Assembly: GCA_965645245.1 (NCBI GenBank)
Contig: OZ287067.1
Coordinates: forward strand, 3,410,001-3,474,000
Direction: 5' to 3'
Source of the DNA: Massalongia carnosa
Lineage: Eukaryota
DNA: 64,000 nt
The position numbers were made by a program, and so were the translations under genes. The notes beneath the pieces were generated by a model, which ran no database searches, had not been told where the DNA came from, and worked only from the letters and a program-made list of their open reading frames with translations. Positions 62,545 through 64,000 of the stretch are shown piece by piece. How positions within the stretch are numbered: position 1 is the first letter of the stretch; each line of letters begins with the position of its first letter.

Positions 62545-64000
62545 ATGACAACAATCGCAGACGATCTAGCGAAAAGAAGACCCTTGCCCGTTCTGACAAG
62601 GGAGAACTATCAAAGATGGTTCGAGCTGGCCGAAATGCATTTCGAAGCGGAAGGCATCTTTCATACAATAAGCGAGCCACAGCCCAATTCCTCGTACCTT
62701 CAGCAGCGAATGGACAAATTAAGCCTTGATGGAAAAGGAATAGATAAATCAGACACACCCCTCACCCCGGAAACCCCATTCATCGATTCGGAAAGATGGA
62801 GAAAGGACAACGCTAAAGCATGCTATCTTATAACCATCTGCTTAAGCCAATTCGATCAAGAACGCGTAAGAGTGATGAAGACAGCGGCGGAAAAGTGGAC
62901 CTCGCTGTTAAGCAAGTACAACAACATCCTTCCCATTTCAGGAAGGCATTACCTTCAAGAGCTGGTGTCATATAAAATGAAAGAGAACACCACCGTTCAG
63001 GAGGCATGGGGGGAACTTTTGTTGTTGAGAGACAAGGTCGTCATGGCCACACCCACACTTCGAGACGCATTTCCCACTCGGCAACTATTCCAATTACTCT
63101 TACAATCTCTCCCAGCCGAGTACGCGGTCATTAGGGACGGAATTGATGCAATTGGGGAGTAGATGCCGAAATTGGCATAAAAAGGTTGGAAGACAAAGAA
63201 ATGCAGCTAACACAGGCGAAAGCAGATTTAGCCTTGCTCGCAAAGCAGAAAGAACAGCGAAGAGAGCAGCGACGGCCTCTCAACCCATCCAGAAGTCGAA
63301 GCACATTCAACAACTCCAGGCAGGAGCGATCCAGACGGCACGAAAGGTCCTCAAGTGCAAAGAGAGAAACGAAAATCAAGGACAACTCGCAAAAGGGATG
63401 CTTAATCTGTGGAGAAGTCGGCCACTGGACCAAAGAGTGCGAATTCTTGGAAAGCACTCGCAGCCACGTCAGGAGCCTCGCGAAGAAGAAGGAAGAGGTC
63501 AATAAGGGCAAATCATCCGTCAAGCGCCATCGGAGCTATCTCGCTGGCGAGTCAGAAGAAGAGGACGAGAACGATAGCTTCTCATCAGGCGACAATGACG
63601 ATGATCTAGATGATCTCGAGGAAACTGCGGCTCTCTCCAGAGAAGCTGTCTGTAAGATTCCCAGATCAAAATGGGTAGCTGACTCTGGCGCATCATCCCA
63701 CATGACTGACAAGCTTCAGCTCTTTAGCGGACCTCTGACAAAGATCAGAGAAAGAAGAATAAAGGTCGGCGGGGGAGAATTGAGAGCATGTCTTCGCGGT
63801 ACGTGCGTGATCAAGGATGGGCACGGAAATCAGGGATTTCTTTCTTCTGTCCTTTATGTCCCCAAGCTAGGGGTTAATCTCTTGTCTGGAAGGCGGATGT
63901 GCGAGAAGGGCCTCATCGGAAGTTTCGACCAGCACGGGCTGAAGATGCATGACAAGCAAGGCAAGGAGATCATGGAGGCACGGCAGCGAGGGGGAGTATA
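62545..64000 (+). pseudogene. Copia gag-pol (Gag, CCHC knuckle, aspartic protease) with a frameshift near 63157
   Basis: LPVLTRENYQRWF and LLQSLPAEY; after the shift, CLICGEVGHWTKEC, WVADSGASSHMT and VLYVPKLGVNLLS. Confidence 0.88.

Larger units (their letters stand above)
60774..64000 (+). mobile_element. Ty1/copia LTR retrotransposon, 5' part; continues off the right edge
   Basis: Inferred LTR TGTTGAA(60774)...TTTAACT(62252), split by the DNA transposon. A copia-type primer-binding site GGTTATGAGC follows at 62253-62262, then gag, zinc knuckle and protease. Confidence 0.88.

Noticed and set aside
63150..63165. Possible programmed ribosomal frameshift in copia gag
   Set aside because: It falls before the CCHC knuckle and has no recognisable slippery heptamer; a 1-bp deletion in a G-run is simpler.

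Overview
Eukaryotic DNA from a filamentous ascomycete, judged from short GT-AG introns with CTRAC branch points, a Zn2Cys6 factor and fungal gene families. The ORF track therefore splits most genes; I rebuilt exon structures by hand. The left ~25 kb holds mostly intact housekeeping genes: DUF2235 hydrolase, pterin-4a-carbinolamine dehydratase, MCM5, dephospho-CoA kinase, CFIm25, STE23/insulysin, a CRAL-TRIO protein and a class V aminotransferase. It also holds a 6-exon secreted Cys-rich repeat protein that the ORF track misses, and a decayed Tc1 element. The middle (26-56 kb) is an eroding accessory region with pseudogenes (NACHT-ankyrin, ACC-synthase-like aminotransferase, solo-LTR-disrupted MFS, NRPS, NmrA-like) among intact genes (membrane protein, aspartic protease, OST-alpha/TMEM184, Zn2Cys6). 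The best candidate for a new system is at 56.4-60.2 kb: an intact head-to-head pair, start codons 283 bp apart, of an R-S-ExE ADP-ribosyltransferase-ankyrin fusion and a CorA-like two-TM protein lacking the GMN motif. Beside it lies a Tc1-like DD38E transposon with an atypical 5-bp target-site duplication, nested in the 5' LTR of a Ty1/copia element. All family assignments come from motif recognition by eye; no searches were run.
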